DNA of 64,000 nucleotides, taken from IMG/VR virus record IMGVR_UViG_3300044640_002221, positions 32,001 to 96,000 of that record; one strand, written 5' to 3'. This document shows, piece after piece, positions 9,854 to 20,292 of this stretch. The notes under the pieces were generated by a model. That model had not been told where the DNA came from, ran no database searches, and was given only the letters and a program-made list of their open reading frames with translations. This DNA is from a virus. Within the stretch, counting starts at the first letter, position 1, and each line of letters begins with the position of its first letter. The position numbers and the translations under genes are program-made.

Positions 9854-10213
9854 CTAAGTCTTAATATTGTTTGCTCTTTCAAAGTCCCTGAAGTCAACAC
9901 TCTCAACTATCTGCTGCAACACAGTTATGTCAAACGACTCAGGTACGACTAACTCACCTACTACTTGTGGGGTTAATACTTTATCTATTTGTTCTACTAA
10001 GTTTGGTTCTAGATTTAATAAGCCCGCCCACAGCGCATGACGAACTGACCTAATAAAGGCAAGTCGCGGGCTTACTATCAATCTTTGCTCTTGCTCTTCT
10101 CTTTTTTCTTCTGGTGCTGCAACAATTTCTTCAACTACTTCTATAGACTCTACAGAGCTTCTAATCTTTTGAGCTTGCTGTAGTAGCTTGTCTAAGTCCA
10201 ATAAACTCGGCAT
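9854..10213 (-). CDS. Hypothetical protein
   Basis: ORF track. Confidence 0.6.
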   Translation of the reverse strand: MPSLLDLDKLLQQAQKIRSSVESIEVVEEIVAAPEEKREEQEQRLIVSPRLAFIRSVRHALWAGLLNLEPNLVEQIDKVLTPQVVGELVVPESFDITVLQQIVESVDFRDFERANNIKT

Positions 10214-11681
10214 ACAACTCTTCCTCAGTTACAACCTTACTGCTATCAGGATATAGCTTATTCAAATGTGTAAGCCTCTTTCTAGCTTGGTTTAGGTAGT
10301 AATGAGGTTCTTCATCCCAGAAGTCTATTTGAAAGGCTGCAGTCTTGCGTTTAGATTGGTCTATCCTGATTCCCCTACCTGTCTTTTGAGTTACTCCAAT
10401 AGTTCCGCTTCCAGCTGCAGCATTAATGTTTAACCCAATACTTGGAAAGTCTACCCCTACGTTTAATGCTGGCGAGGAAAGCAATACTCTCATCTGACAG
10501 TTACTAAAGGCATTTTGTATACTTTCCCTTTCCTTTTTTTTAAGCAGTTTAGTATTGCTATGCACAAAAGGAATATCTAAACCTGTATTGGCAAACTCTT
10601 TTTGAAGTATTAGCCCATGTTCATCTATCTCTGTTACTAGAATTAGCACTTGACTATCAGATGTACACTCTAAATACTTTTGTACTACTCTGACGATCAG
10701 TTCGTTGCGGATTTTATTTCTACAGATAGCTGTAAGATAAACCTCTCGCTGCTCTGGCTTATCAGGATAAACTATTTTACCTCCTTTCATCACAGCGTTT
10801 GAGTAAATGGTAACTGATGCAGGCACTTTAATAAATCTTCCTTTAGGTTTATGGATAACTTTTTTATCAACCATCTCCATTTCTGGTATGACTAAGGCTA
10901 GTGGACCATATACACCTTCTAGGAGTAAATCAGCTCCTGATTCTGAGTACGCTGTGGCTGACAATCCTAACCGGAAGAAGGTATTGGGACAATGTTCGCC
11001 AATAGTCTGGTAAGAGTAACAAGAACCTGTGTGGCACTCATCGCCTATTAGAATTTCTGTTTCAGCTAAGTTGTACTTAAACTTACCCCCAGCATGAGAG
11101 AACAGCGAATTGATAATACCTACAGTTACACGCTGCCAGTCTTCTTTACCATCTCCTACTTGACCTATAGGCTCATCAAGAAACTCTGATAGTTGTTTTA
11201 CTAAAGACTTCTGCAAGGCTATTTGGGGTACAGTAATGAGGATTTTCTGGGTAGGGTATTGCTTGACTACCCATACTAAAGTTTTGCTCTTACCACTACC
11301 TGTAGGGGAGCTAATCATACAACGTTGGAAGTCAATAGCTGTCTTAACTGCTAACTCTTGATGATCCCATGCCCACTCAGGTAACTTCCAGGGGGTGTAA
11401 GCTTCTGCTTGGTATAAGCACTCTAGTTCATAGGGTTCTCCAATCTCTACTAAAAACTCTATTACTCTTGGCAACAACCCAGTGGGAAACGAACTGGTTC
11501 CAACGTCGTAGCAGCTTCTTTTAGGGTCTGCTGGATTCCATTTCTGGTAGTAGTTATTTCTTTCTACTTTCTTGTCTATCCACTGTAATAGCTGCTTAAG
11601 CTTGTAGTCTAGGTTTAGACCACCTGCTTGCTCCTTACTTATTACAGTAGCCTTTGCCCCATTAAAAACTATCTTTATCAC
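10161..11681 (-). CDS. Superfamily 2 helicase (UvsW/XPB-like)
   Basis: SPTGSGKS (Walker A), GDECH (DExH), GLSAT, LNVGVDFP, QKTGRGIR. Confidence 0.9.
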   Translation of the reverse strand: MIKIVFNGAKATVISKEQAGGLNLDYKLKQLLQWIDKKVERNNYYQKWNPADPKRSCYDVGTSSFPTGLLPRVIEFLVEIGEPYELECLYQAEAYTPWKLPEWAWDHQELAVKTAIDFQRCMISSPTGSGKSKTLVWVVKQYPTQKILITVPQIALQKSLVKQLSEFLDEPIGQVGDGKEDWQRVTVGIINSLFSHAGGKFKYNLAETEILIGDECHTGSCYSYQTIGEHCPNTFFRLGLSATAYSESGADLLLEGVYGPLALVIPEMEMVDKKVIHKPKGRFIKVPASVTIYSNAVMKGGKIVYPDKPEQREVYLTAICRNKIRNELIVRVVQKYLECTSDSQVLILVTEIDEHGLILQKEFANTGLDIPFVHSNTKLLKKKERESIQNAFSNCQMRVLLSSPALNVGVDFPSIGLNINAAAGSGTIGVTQKTGRGIRIDQSKRKTAAFQIDFWDEEPHYYLNQARKRLTHLNKLYPDSSKVVTEEELYAEFIGLRQATTASSKD

Positions 11682-11687
11682 GGCATT

Positions 11688-11712
11688 AAAAAGGGGAGTC
11701 TCAGCTCCCCTT
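11688..11712 (-). terminator. Rho-independent terminator
   Basis: On the minus strand AAGGGGAG-CTGAGA-CTCCCCTT followed by a T-run, downstream of the stop of 11735..13078. Confidence 0.65.
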
Positions 11713-11734
11713 AACTTAACTTCACAGATTAGAA

Positions 11735-13078
11735 CTACTCAACTGACTCTAATGTCTTTACTTTTGGTGCGAAGGCACTAAAAAGAGCTGGGTTGGTTTT
11801 TCCAACACTTGAAGAGCTTACAGGTTTAGTAACTACAGGTTCAGTTACAGCTTGCAGAGCAGGCATTCTAGGAGCAGACTCAAAACTAGTCTTACCATTA
11901 GCTACTTCACGCTCTAGCTTTAGAATAGACATAGCATGACGTACCCAGTCTAAAGAAGTCCAGCCTGCTTCAGCCTCAATTACATTTTTATCAGAGACAG
12001 GGTGGAATACTGGGATGTAGTCTTGACCATATTGCTGTTTCTCTAGGTGTCCACAATGCACTTCTGTTACTACTGGATAGCACAACTGACCACCTTGCAG
12101 AACACGGTGGCGTGTACCAGTATAGTTCTGGTCATGCAGGTACTTGAAGTATTCACCTGTAGAATAAATCTCTGAGGGAATGTGAGGGTCTGGTACTACG
12201 TTTCTGTCGAATGTTCCAGTACCAATCCCAGCGTGCTGGGACTTGGATAAACCTTTCAGCTTGAGAATGAATGGACGCTTGAAAGGAACTTTCTGATCTC
12301 CTTCCATTGTGTTAATCTTGGCATCCTCAATGCTTACCCATTTGATAGTAGCTTTTTCAGTATCAATATCATAGTTGTAGATACCTAACTGGAAGACAGC
12401 TATTAAGGCATAACCACCCATACTGCATTTAGCAAACTGAGCATTCTTGTCATTAAACAACTCAGGGTCTCCACCAGTTCCTTCTGGCTTACCATGTAGA
12501 TAATGCTCCCCTGCTTCTACACAAGACTTACAAGTTCGGGGAGTGCTAAAACTTGCGTTAGGATCTGCTCCGATAGGAGGACGACTACCATATAGAACCA
12601 TGTGCTCTTTATCTAACTGAGGGTTAAATACATGAGGATTATTCTTGTTCTGGTACATCCGCTCAAAAGGAAACTTGAGAGGATTGTTGTCGGTGGTATC
12701 TGTACTATTTTTACCTAAATGTTCTACTAAACGAGTAGTACGGCAGATGTTCTTAAAGTTTTTAGGGTCACTATTATCATCAAACGAAGCACCATAATGA
12801 AAGCCTAAGACAATCCCTCTTACAGCACAGAAGTGATGAGAGAAGTGTGATGATACTTCTTTATAAGTTCCAGCACCTTCTTCTCGCTCTTTCTTGGTAG
12901 TAGGTAAAGCCCAATCGAACTTATTAAGAGACTTGATTGAACACTCACGATGAGCTCTCCAAGTGTTGTCAAAGTCTTGACGCTGACCTTCACGCAGGGC
13001 TTGTGGTAATACTTCAGGGTTTTCTTCAAATATTAACTCTTCTGGTTCAAAAGTTGCTAAGTCAGATGTTGTAGTCAT
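11735..13078 (-). CDS. Hypothetical protein (replication-module position; possibly an ssDNA-binding or recombination protein)
   Basis: 447-aa ORF between the helicase and clamp-loader genes; no motif recognised. Confidence 0.55.
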   Translation of the reverse strand: MTTTSDLATFEPEELIFEENPEVLPQALREGQRQDFDNTWRAHRECSIKSLNKFDWALPTTKKEREEGAGTYKEVSSHFSHHFCAVRGIVLGFHYGASFDDNSDPKNFKNICRTTRLVEHLGKNSTDTTDNNPLKFPFERMYQNKNNPHVFNPQLDKEHMVLYGSRPPIGADPNASFSTPRTCKSCVEAGEHYLHGKPEGTGGDPELFNDKNAQFAKCSMGGYALIAVFQLGIYNYDIDTEKATIKWVSIEDAKINTMEGDQKVPFKRPFILKLKGLSKSQHAGIGTGTFDRNVVPDPHIPSEIYSTGEYFKYLHDQNYTGTRHRVLQGGQLCYPVVTEVHCGHLEKQQYGQDYIPVFHPVSDKNVIEAEAGWTSLDWVRHAMSILKLEREVANGKTSFESAPRMPALQAVTEPVVTKPVSSSSVGKTNPALFSAFAPKVKTLESVE

Positions 13079-13158
13079 TTATACTTTTCCTATGATTTCT
13101 CTTTCTCTTTTCTTTTTTCTTTCAACATGAGTAACTTTATTCGTGTTGAATAGCTAGT

Positions 13159-13707
13159 CTAGCTTACTTTCTCGTAAACCACTTGGAAAGTGTTATGAAG
13201 AACTACTCTTGCTACACTAACTGTCATCTCTAGCCCAACGTTAGTGGCACTCTCCCAAGATTTTATCTGGTATATCTTGTATGGTCTACCATTTGAAAAC
13301 TCTTCAGCAGCTTCTTTGAGAACTTTTAAACAGGTGTTGTACTCGTAAAAGATAGCTTCTACCAGACTCTTTATAGGCATTTGAGGAGGCTCTCCTAGAT
13401 TATGCCCTGTAGCTACGCTTATAGAGATTTTGTGGTCGTAGTCTGAGTTAGAACATCCTTCAAAGTTTCTTTCTGTTACGTTTTCTTTGCCAATAAAACC
13501 ATCAGAAACTCTTGAGAGAAAAGCTTTTGACGTTTTTATTAAATTGTAAGAAAGATACTCTTTTTCTGGTTCTACCTTAGTGGAATCACATTTGGAAAAT
13601 TCTGCTACTGGCAGAAGCTCTGGGCTTCTTTCTATCACTTTTTTAAACCAGTTGAGCATATCTTCAACTGTCAAGCTAGACTGTATACTGTATTGAATTT
13701 CTTCCAT
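13159..13707 (-). CDS. Hypothetical protein
   Basis: ORF track. Confidence 0.6.
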   Translation of the reverse strand: MEEIQYSIQSSLTVEDMLNWFKKVIERSPELLPVAEFSKCDSTKVEPEKEYLSYNLIKTSKAFLSRVSDGFIGKENVTERNFEGCSNSDYDHKISISVATGHNLGEPPQMPIKSLVEAIFYEYNTCLKVLKEAAEEFSNGRPYKIYQIKSWESATNVGLEMTVSVARVVLHNTFQVVYEKVS

Positions 13708-13750
13708 TAATCTTTCTTACCATTCTCTTTTCTTTTTTCTTACCTACTTG

Positions 13751-14611
13751 CTACAGTCCTGCCATAGCAAGCCATTTTCGTTTAGCTTTGGGGGAAGGAT
13801 TGAAGTAAAAGTTTACTCCTTCTCCTTTAGGTGCTGTCTTTCTTGTTAGTCCTGGATATCCGCTAACAGCCCAATACTCTGTGGAAAAATAAACCCACTG
13901 TGCAAACCTTTTTAGAAACACACTCTGTCTATTACTAGACCAATGCTTTTCTACTAAATGGCAGAAAGGATTGATAAAAGGTACCAGCCCCTGCGCTTTA
14001 GCTATTTTTAGTAAAATAGGTTCGGATATTCCTGGAGTGACAAACCACTTTCTTAGTTCTCCCTTGGTGAAAGAACCCCACTGTGCCACCCCTTCTATAG
14101 TGGTTAACGAGTCTACAAGCGACTGCTCGTAGCTTAGTGAGTTAGTTCTAGAAAAGCTGTTCTTACCATATTCTAACTCATGCAAAGCTACGTAGGGGTA
14201 GGCGGGGAGGTCTTCTATTCTTCTGAGGTCTAAGATTCTATAACAACCACCTTCTATCTTTTTAGCCGCCCCAGCCAGCTTATCAGAGATCTCTGCTGAG
14301 AGTTCTGTGACAGCTATAAAAGCATAATTGGTTGGGTGAACAAAGAAGAAAGGGTCTGTGGGTAAAAGAAACTCGCTGGTTACTGTTCCTTTAATGCCAC
14401 TACCTTTTAACTCTTTAGGTTGAATAACAAATGCCGCGTCATTAAAAGTTGGGTACTCTAGAGCTTTACGAATCTGGTCTGAAGATGGCTCGTACAAAAG
14501 TTCAGGTTCTAGCCTTAACTTTCTACAAATCCAAGCTATCTGTTCTATAGTACCCAGAGTCAGATAAACACAGCCGGCTCTAAGCTGTGGTAGAACCTCA
14601 GCTAGTAACAT
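13751..14611 (-). CDS. Hypothetical protein, possibly a delta-like clamp-loader subunit
   Basis: 286 aa, overlapping the end of the DnaX-like gene; function inferred from context only. Confidence 0.4.
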   Translation of the reverse strand: MLLAEVLPQLRAGCVYLTLGTIEQIAWICRKLRLEPELLYEPSSDQIRKALEYPTFNDAAFVIQPKELKGSGIKGTVTSEFLLPTDPFFFVHPTNYAFIAVTELSAEISDKLAGAAKKIEGGCYRILDLRRIEDLPAYPYVALHELEYGKNSFSRTNSLSYEQSLVDSLTTIEGVAQWGSFTKGELRKWFVTPGISEPILLKIAKAQGLVPFINPFCHLVEKHWSSNRQSVFLKRFAQWVYFSTEYWAVSGYPGLTRKTAPKGEGVNFYFNPSPKAKRKWLAMAGL

Positions 14612-15719
14612 AGTTTATTACTCCATGATCTTCATCTTGGATGCAAGCTCCTCGTTGAACTAAGTTCTTTCCATACAACTGAGTCACATAAGTAATGAAG
14701 TTAGTTAGTTTAACCTCATATTGTGTGAGAAGGTTTAATGCTACTATTTGGTCTTCGGATAGATTATTAACCATAGCTGCTGAGGTAAGAATGTCATCCT
14801 GCATCTGCTTACAAAGCTGCTCTGGACTTACTCTTTCTAAAAGTTGCTTTGTATAGTGCATTGTATAGAGAAAGTTACTTTTACTCTGTAGCATTTCCCA
14901 TAAAGTCCAGCGCCATTCACCTCTTGCTCTCTGAGCTGTGTATGCTGCTACTTCTGGTGTAACCGTCTCAAACTTTTCTATGCAAGAATCATACAAAGCA
15001 GTAGCCACCCCTATTCTACCTTTAGAGCCTTCTGCTAATATACTTGCAGCTTCTGGGTTCAAGTCTGGGTAGGCTGCTCTCAGAAATACTGCGATAGCTT
15101 CTGGTTCTATTACTCCCAGTCTGATAACACCACTAGCTGACCTTCTTATCAAAGCTGTCCGGTCTTCCTCTGCTAAGTCTTCCTCTTTCATAGTTAGAAA
15201 GATATAACAAACTTGATTACCGGGTACTTCTAGCTCTGTGCGAAGTAAAACTTGCTGCCGAAGGTTTCTAGCGAACTCCTGCCACTCATCAAACACGACG
15301 AACAGTACATCGCGGCTAGGGTCTCCTGTGTTAGTTGCACCTTTAGCAGCAGCATGAAGAGCGTTCTTAACACTTTGGTTAATAGTCTCCTCGGTATAGC
15401 TTCCAGGTTGAACCCAGACTACTCCACTCATAGAGCGGTCTGATAACCTAACATCTATGTCCTTACAGGCTTCACACTCTCCACAAGGTTCATACTCCCC
15501 TTCTACTCTGTTAAGACACCTAAAAGATCGAATCAGAAGTAAGACTAAAGAGGTTTTGCCAACGCCTGACTTCCCTGTAATAAACAAGGAACGAGGTAGA
15601 GCTTTTGCCCCTTTAGTTACTATTCTTTTGAGATAATCAACTTCTGCTTGATTAGTTCCAGAGCCGCAGTAGTAATCTGCCCACCTTTTGGGGGATCTGG
15701 TATAAGGATGATTGTGCAT
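14598..15719 (-). CDS. dnaX: DNA polymerase III gamma/tau (DnaX)-like clamp-loader ATPase
   Basis: FITGKSGVGKTS Walker A, RCLN...EPCGECEAC Zn module, VVFDEWQ Walker B. Confidence 0.85.
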   Translation of the reverse strand: MHNHPYTRSPKRWADYYCGSGTNQAEVDYLKRIVTKGAKALPRSLFITGKSGVGKTSLVLLLIRSFRCLNRVEGEYEPCGECEACKDIDVRLSDRSMSGVVWVQPGSYTEETINQSVKNALHAAAKGATNTGDPSRDVLFVVFDEWQEFARNLRQQVLLRTELEVPGNQVCYIFLTMKEEDLAEEDRTALIRRSASGVIRLGVIEPEAIAVFLRAAYPDLNPEAASILAEGSKGRIGVATALYDSCIEKFETVTPEVAAYTAQRARGEWRWTLWEMLQSKSNFLYTMHYTKQLLERVSPEQLCKQMQDDILTSAAMVNNLSEDQIVALNLLTQYEVKLTNFITYVTQLYGKNLVQRGACIQDEDHGVINYVTS

Positions 15720-15998
15720 CTAGCTATTAATCCTTTCTAACTTTTTAGCAAGTTCCTCATAAATATCTTGCATCTTTTCTGCAGTTAGCTTGAACAACCT
15801 TAAAGCTTCTCCCGCATCTTCTACATTTTTTGCTTCTTTAAGTAATAAAGAAGCTGATGCTAAAAATGCCAGCGCATTATCTGTCTGCTCATTTGTTTCT
15901 ATAAACATTGGTGCAAACGGTCTAAGAGGGTTTGAAGTAGCTTCTAAAAATCCCTTCTTAAATTCCTCAGGCATATCTGACAAACTCATAAATTTCAT
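15720..15998 (-). CDS. Hypothetical protein
   Basis: ORF track. Confidence 0.6.
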   Translation of the reverse strand: MKFMSLSDMPEEFKKGFLEATSNPLRPFAPMFIETNEQTDNALAFLASASLLLKEAKNVEDAGEALRLFKLTAEKMQDIYEELAKKLERINS

Positions 15999-16021
15999 AA
16001 CTCTCCCTCCCTTTTCTTTTT

Positions 16022-17683
16022 TTATCGCCCAGCTGTTAATAATCTTCTCAGCACGTCTGCTTGAGACATATCTGTACTATCTTCAGCTTCTAGGTCAAAG
16101 TCTTCTAGCAATCTACTACCTTTAATCTTCTGTGTCGCTAGAACAACCTGATGCTCGTCTACCAGTCCCTTATGATAAATGTAATGTAGAACCACCTCTT
16201 CATTTCTATTACCAGGACGGACGGCACGGTACATTGACTGCCTGAGTTTTTTAACTCCCCAAGGTGGGCAGTAGTAAATTACATCACTAGCGGAAGTTAG
16301 GTTAATGGACTCACTAGCTAGATTAATAGCAAATACTCCAACTTTGATATTGGGGTCAAACTGGAACTGGTCTACTAGTTCTACTCTCTGGGCTGCGGAA
16401 ATACTTTTAACCTCAGCTTGCTCATCAGTAGCATAGATTCTTACTACTTTATCTTTACCTAAAAGACTTTCAAGGTAAGTAGTAACTATGTTTGCTGACT
16501 TGATGTAAGTGCAGAAGACTACTACCTTCCCTGTAGAAGAAGTTACCACCTCACCTAACCTTTCTAGTTTAGGGCTTTCAGGATTATGATTACACAAAGC
16601 TATTAAAGGAAATAGTAGTCTTAATGCTTCTGCTTTCTGTTTTACTCCAACAGCTTGAGAGGCCATTAGTAAGGCTCTCTGGTGTTTGATTGTGTAATCT
16701 AGATGAGTAGCTCTCTGTTCAGGTGTAGGAGTAACGCCATGAATCTTGGTTAGACAGTTTGGTATCTTGATACAATCTTTAACCTGCGGATCTGTGAGTT
16801 TAACTCGGTGGATGAATCTCTTAATCAGAGTGAAATACTCTACCAGCTTTTCCGAGTCTAATTTCTGTAGATACTTGACGTTAGAGTTTTCTTGTAGTCT
16901 AGAGCCATACAGATAGTTGGTAGTTAACTGTTCTTTAGTGCCAAACTTTTTAGCAAACGCTTGGGCACTAGTGAAAGGCCAGACTTTGCCATAAACTAAC
17001 TCACAAAGATTATGAATCTCTGTTAGCTTGCCCTCTGAAGGCGTACCAGTCAACACTAAAACTCTCTTAGCTCTGTTGAGCAAATACTTTATTTGCTCAG
17101 TACGGGCTGTCTTTGGTTGGCAGTTATGCACTTCATCAATAATGATAGTAGCTGGTCTGAAAAGATTGGCTAACCTACGACTGATAAATGGTCTAGCACT
17201 TTCTTTTCTATGCTTAGAGCGGTTCTTCGGAAAGTCTAGGGAGTAGATGATAATAGGCTTTGTGCAGTTATCTAAGTCTCTCTCTGATTTGATTACTTCA
17301 TAGTGTTCTTGCATGGTTGGCGATCGCTCTAGCTCTTCTACCCAGCGTTGAGCGGCTAGTAAGTTGGGAACTAGAAGGTGTATACAACCAGCTCGGCGGC
17401 TATGAAATGTTTGGTATATACCTTGCAGCATAAGCACGCTTATTAAAGTCTTTCCTAGTGACATCTCGTAAGCCATGATGTTGCGGCGGCGTACTGCCAT
17501 GAGAGCAGCATACTCCCACTGGTAAGGACGTGGCTCAAAGTCTGCACCTAGTTGGGCGAAAGCTTCTTTAGTTCTGGTTAGATAAAGTCGGTAAGCAGGA
17601 AGAGCAGTAAGTAACTGCTCTTCTACTAATTCAAACTCTTCTAATTCTGTGTAATGGTCAATTAGTAAGAGTTGGTTGGTCAT
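16022..17683 (-). CDS. SNF2-family helicase/ATPase
   Basis: YEMSLGKT, IIIDEVH, LTGTP, ESINLTSA..VIYY, RAVRPG motifs. Confidence 0.88.
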   Translation of the reverse strand: MTNQLLLIDHYTELEEFELVEEQLLTALPAYRLYLTRTKEAFAQLGADFEPRPYQWEYAALMAVRRRNIMAYEMSLGKTLISVLMLQGIYQTFHSRRAGCIHLLVPNLLAAQRWVEELERSPTMQEHYEVIKSERDLDNCTKPIIIYSLDFPKNRSKHRKESARPFISRRLANLFRPATIIIDEVHNCQPKTARTEQIKYLLNRAKRVLVLTGTPSEGKLTEIHNLCELVYGKVWPFTSAQAFAKKFGTKEQLTTNYLYGSRLQENSNVKYLQKLDSEKLVEYFTLIKRFIHRVKLTDPQVKDCIKIPNCLTKIHGVTPTPEQRATHLDYTIKHQRALLMASQAVGVKQKAEALRLLFPLIALCNHNPESPKLERLGEVVTSSTGKVVVFCTYIKSANIVTTYLESLLGKDKVVRIYATDEQAEVKSISAAQRVELVDQFQFDPNIKVGVFAINLASESINLTSASDVIYYCPPWGVKKLRQSMYRAVRPGNRNEEVVLHYIYHKGLVDEHQVVLATQKIKGSRLLEDFDLEAEDSTDMSQADVLRRLLTAGR

Positions 17684-17688
17684 TGTTA

Positions 17689-18057
17689 TTAAATCTCTTG
17701 ATAGAACCCGTATCTTTGGTAAAAAGGTGTTTCTACCTCTTCACACCATCTCTCATCCCAAGCAACTTGCTCTTGTTCTGTACCTTGATCTGGATAACCT
17801 TTTAAAGTTGGAGAAAACATCTTTACTAGAGCTCTACCAAGAGGTGTTCTTTCATCATCGTCGAAGTCTACGCCCTGTCCTCTATAGTTATTAGCCACCC
17901 TATCTAAGATGTTCAGGAGTTCTTCTTTTGATAGTTGGTCTATCTCTTGCTCTACTTCGTTAAAGGCTGCATGAATAGCCTTGTAACAAGGCAGTTCAAG
18001 TGATAACTCTCTGTACCTACTAGAGTTGAATATCTCATTGATTGCTGGATTAGTCAT
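17689..18057 (-). CDS. Hypothetical protein
   Basis: ORF track. Confidence 0.6.
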   Translation of the reverse strand: MTNPAINEIFNSSRYRELSLELPCYKAIHAAFNEVEQEIDQLSKEELLNILDRVANNYRGQGVDFDDDERTPLGRALVKMFSPTLKGYPDQGTEQEQVAWDERWCEEVETPFYQRYGFYQEI

Positions 18058-18532
18058 CTTTGTAAAGTTCTTCTTCCTTATCCATTTGCTCTTTAGCTTT
18101 TAAGAAGCTTGCTGCTGCTGTATCTAAATTAACATCTTGGTCTGAATCATATGGTCTTAGCCATACCTTTACGTTAGAAGGAAGGTGAGATAAGACTGCA
18201 CTTCTGTAGTCTCTTGTTTCTACTAGCACTGCAATGTCAACTCCTTTCTCACCTTCTGGCGGTTTGACTACCACTATGGCTAACTCATCTTCTTCAAGGA
18301 TTACTTCACTAGGAATAGATATGAATTTATTGTTACCTGGAGAAGGTAAATGAGAAAGCCAGAACTTAACTGTATCTGTTTGAACTCCCTCCCAGCATTT
18401 GTGAACTATTGAGAAGAAAAGCAATTGTCTAAACTCACAACCTGATTCTGTCTCAGCTATGCAATAGTGATATCCTGAGTCAGTTGGATGTTCATCGGCA
18501 GGCTTCCACAATTTATCTACATTAATCAGCAT
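18050..18532 (-). CDS. Hypothetical protein with a DUF551-like N-terminus
   Basis: WKPADEHPTDSGYHYC...V.FWLSHLPSP. Confidence 0.55.
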   Translation of the reverse strand: MLINVDKLWKPADEHPTDSGYHYCIAETESGCEFRQLLFFSIVHKCWEGVQTDTVKFWLSHLPSPGNNKFISIPSEVILEEDELAIVVVKPPEGEKGVDIAVLVETRDYRSAVLSHLPSNVKVWLRPYDSDQDVNLDTAAASFLKAKEQMDKEEELYKDD

Positions 18533-19106
18533 CTGTTACCCCAAATACGTCTTGTATTAACTTCTGTTGAGCTTCTTCCAGTTCTGCTTGTTCTTCTAAC
18601 ACTTTCAAAACTAACTCAGGGTTTGCAGCACCATACTTCTCTTTAACTTTAGACTCTGCATCAAGAACTTTTTGAGCAGCTCTAAAAGGCATAAAGCAAG
18701 GCTTACCCATAGCTAGATTAGCCTCTCCTAAATAAGCCTTAAGATATACGTCTAAGCAAGGCGTTTCTTCTCCATTAACTACTAAATCTTCTATTACTCT
18801 GACAACTACCTCTATACTTGCCCCATCAGCACCTTCTGGAGGGTGAACTACTAAGCTTCCGGTTTCACCTTCCTCTAACTCAAGTTCATTACCTACATTT
18901 AGGAAGCAAACTTCATTAAAGTTATCAGGTACTGGTGGAATAGGCATCCAAGCCTTAATTTTATAAGGGAGACCCCAACACCCATCTGTAAAGTTCTGGA
19001 CTGTTGCCTCGTCTCCACTGCTTGTAGTAATAATTGTCAAGTATCTACCATCCTCTTCAGGACGCGTGGTTACTGGTCTGTAAAGCTTTCCTAATTCCGT
19101 GATCAT
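18522..19106 (-). CDS. Hypothetical protein with a DUF551-like N-terminus
   Basis: RPEEDGRYLT...IKAWMPIPPVP; paralogous to 18050..18532. Confidence 0.6.
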   Translation of the reverse strand: MITELGKLYRPVTTRPEEDGRYLTIITTSSGDEATVQNFTDGCWGLPYKIKAWMPIPPVPDNFNEVCFLNVGNELELEEGETGSLVVHPPEGADGASIEVVVRVIEDLVVNGEETPCLDVYLKAYLGEANLAMGKPCFMPFRAAQKVLDAESKVKEKYGAANPELVLKVLEEQAELEEAQQKLIQDVFGVTDAD

Positions 19107-19300
19107 TCTGATAGTTTAAACTCCTGTGGTATTAGTGGTATCTCCATGTAGGCTAAAGCTCCTAAGCAAGCAAACTTACCATCTTTAAATGGTTGAGCTA
19201 TAAAAGTCTCATTATTCCATAGACATCTATAAACTAAGTAGTGACCTCCTTCTTTAGGGAGAGTCTCAGGGGCGTAAGGTATCCAAGGTGTGTTATCCAT
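19103..19300 (-). CDS. DUF551-like small protein
   Basis: WIPYAPETLPKEGGHYLV...ALAYMEIPLIP. Confidence 0.6.
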   Translation of the reverse strand: MDNTPWIPYAPETLPKEGGHYLVYRCLWNNETFIAQPFKDGKFACLGALAYMEIPLIPQEFKLSE

Positions 19301-20111
19301 TTAACAGTGGCTCCAAGAACCTCAAATCATTTATAAAAGAAGCAACAGGCGTGCCAGGTAGCGGCGGGTAAAGCCACTCGTTTCTTGTGATAGTTACTCT
19401 ACCATCTTTGGTAACTACTTCACTCTCAATACGGGGTTCAGCTCTGGATATCTTGGTAGTATTTTCTGTAAATACTACAGGTCTGTTACCCAGCATTAAC
19501 CCAGCTCGCCGCCGGCAACCATTCAATCCCCACTCTTGCATCCACAACTCTCTTTTGTAGAGCATCTTGCAAGCTTTAAAAGCCTGTGTACCAGCTACCA
19601 ATAAAGGAACAGAAGGACAATACTCGTTTAAGATATTAAACTCACTAGTCAGCCAATGGCTGACGCAGGGCTTGATGTGTTTAGCTTCAATAATCTTCTG
19701 GTCAAAGGGGTTACATTTTACAGCATTAGTAAACCAACAATCTGTATAAGTGTCTAATCCGAACATTAAATTAAGTGCCATTCTCAGAAAACCACCTGCA
19801 TTACGAGGGCGCAGCAAACCTTTCCTACGTTCCTTTTGCTGCAAGGATAAATCAACCATAGGGTAAAGATTTCTCTCTTGGCTCTCAGAATGCCCTGGAT
19901 GGCAGCTTAAAATTATTAACTTTACTTTGCTAAGGTCATCTGGTCCTGCTCCTCCTACAGTGTAGTGAGCATCTTGGTTAGCTTTCAGAAAGCTGTTTAG
20001 TCTTTGCTTACGTTTACCAAGCTCACACTGCTCACACTTTGGGTCTATTCGGATTAAGCTGTGGGATTCCCTTTGATAAGTTTTAGGTAAGTCATTAAGG
20101 TTTATGTTCAC
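19293..20111 (-). CDS. Uracil-DNA glycosylase superfamily protein (family 4-like, Fe-S)
   Basis: CEQCELG, ILSCHPG..E, WFTNAVKCNP, I.PC..HWL.SE motifs. Confidence 0.75.
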   Translation of the reverse strand: MNINLNDLPKTYQRESHSLIRIDPKCEQCELGKRKQRLNSFLKANQDAHYTVGGAGPDDLSKVKLIILSCHPGHSESQERNLYPMVDLSLQQKERRKGLLRPRNAGGFLRMALNLMFGLDTYTDCWFTNAVKCNPFDQKIIEAKHIKPCVSHWLTSEFNILNEYCPSVPLLVAGTQAFKACKMLYKRELWMQEWGLNGCRRRAGLMLGNRPVVFTENTTKISRAEPRIESEVVTKDGRVTITRNEWLYPPLPGTPVASFINDLRFLEPLLNG

Positions 20112-20292
20112 TGCTATCCTGCTCCTCTAACACAATCCTTGGCTGCTCTTCTAGCTTTGAGTGGATAACTTGTTTGACTAGAAACGACTTTCCCTCCTTC
20201 CGCAAAATATCTCCTTGTTTTAGAAGAAATATTTTTTTACTCCAAGGAGTTGTATCGGGGTAGGTATTCTTATATCTATCAGTCTGACTCAT
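20095..20292 (-). CDS. Hypothetical protein
   Basis: ORF track. Confidence 0.5.
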   Translation of the reverse strand: MSQTDRYKNTYPDTTPWSKKIFLLKQGDILRKEGKSFLVKQVIHSKLEEQPRIVLEEQDSSEHKP

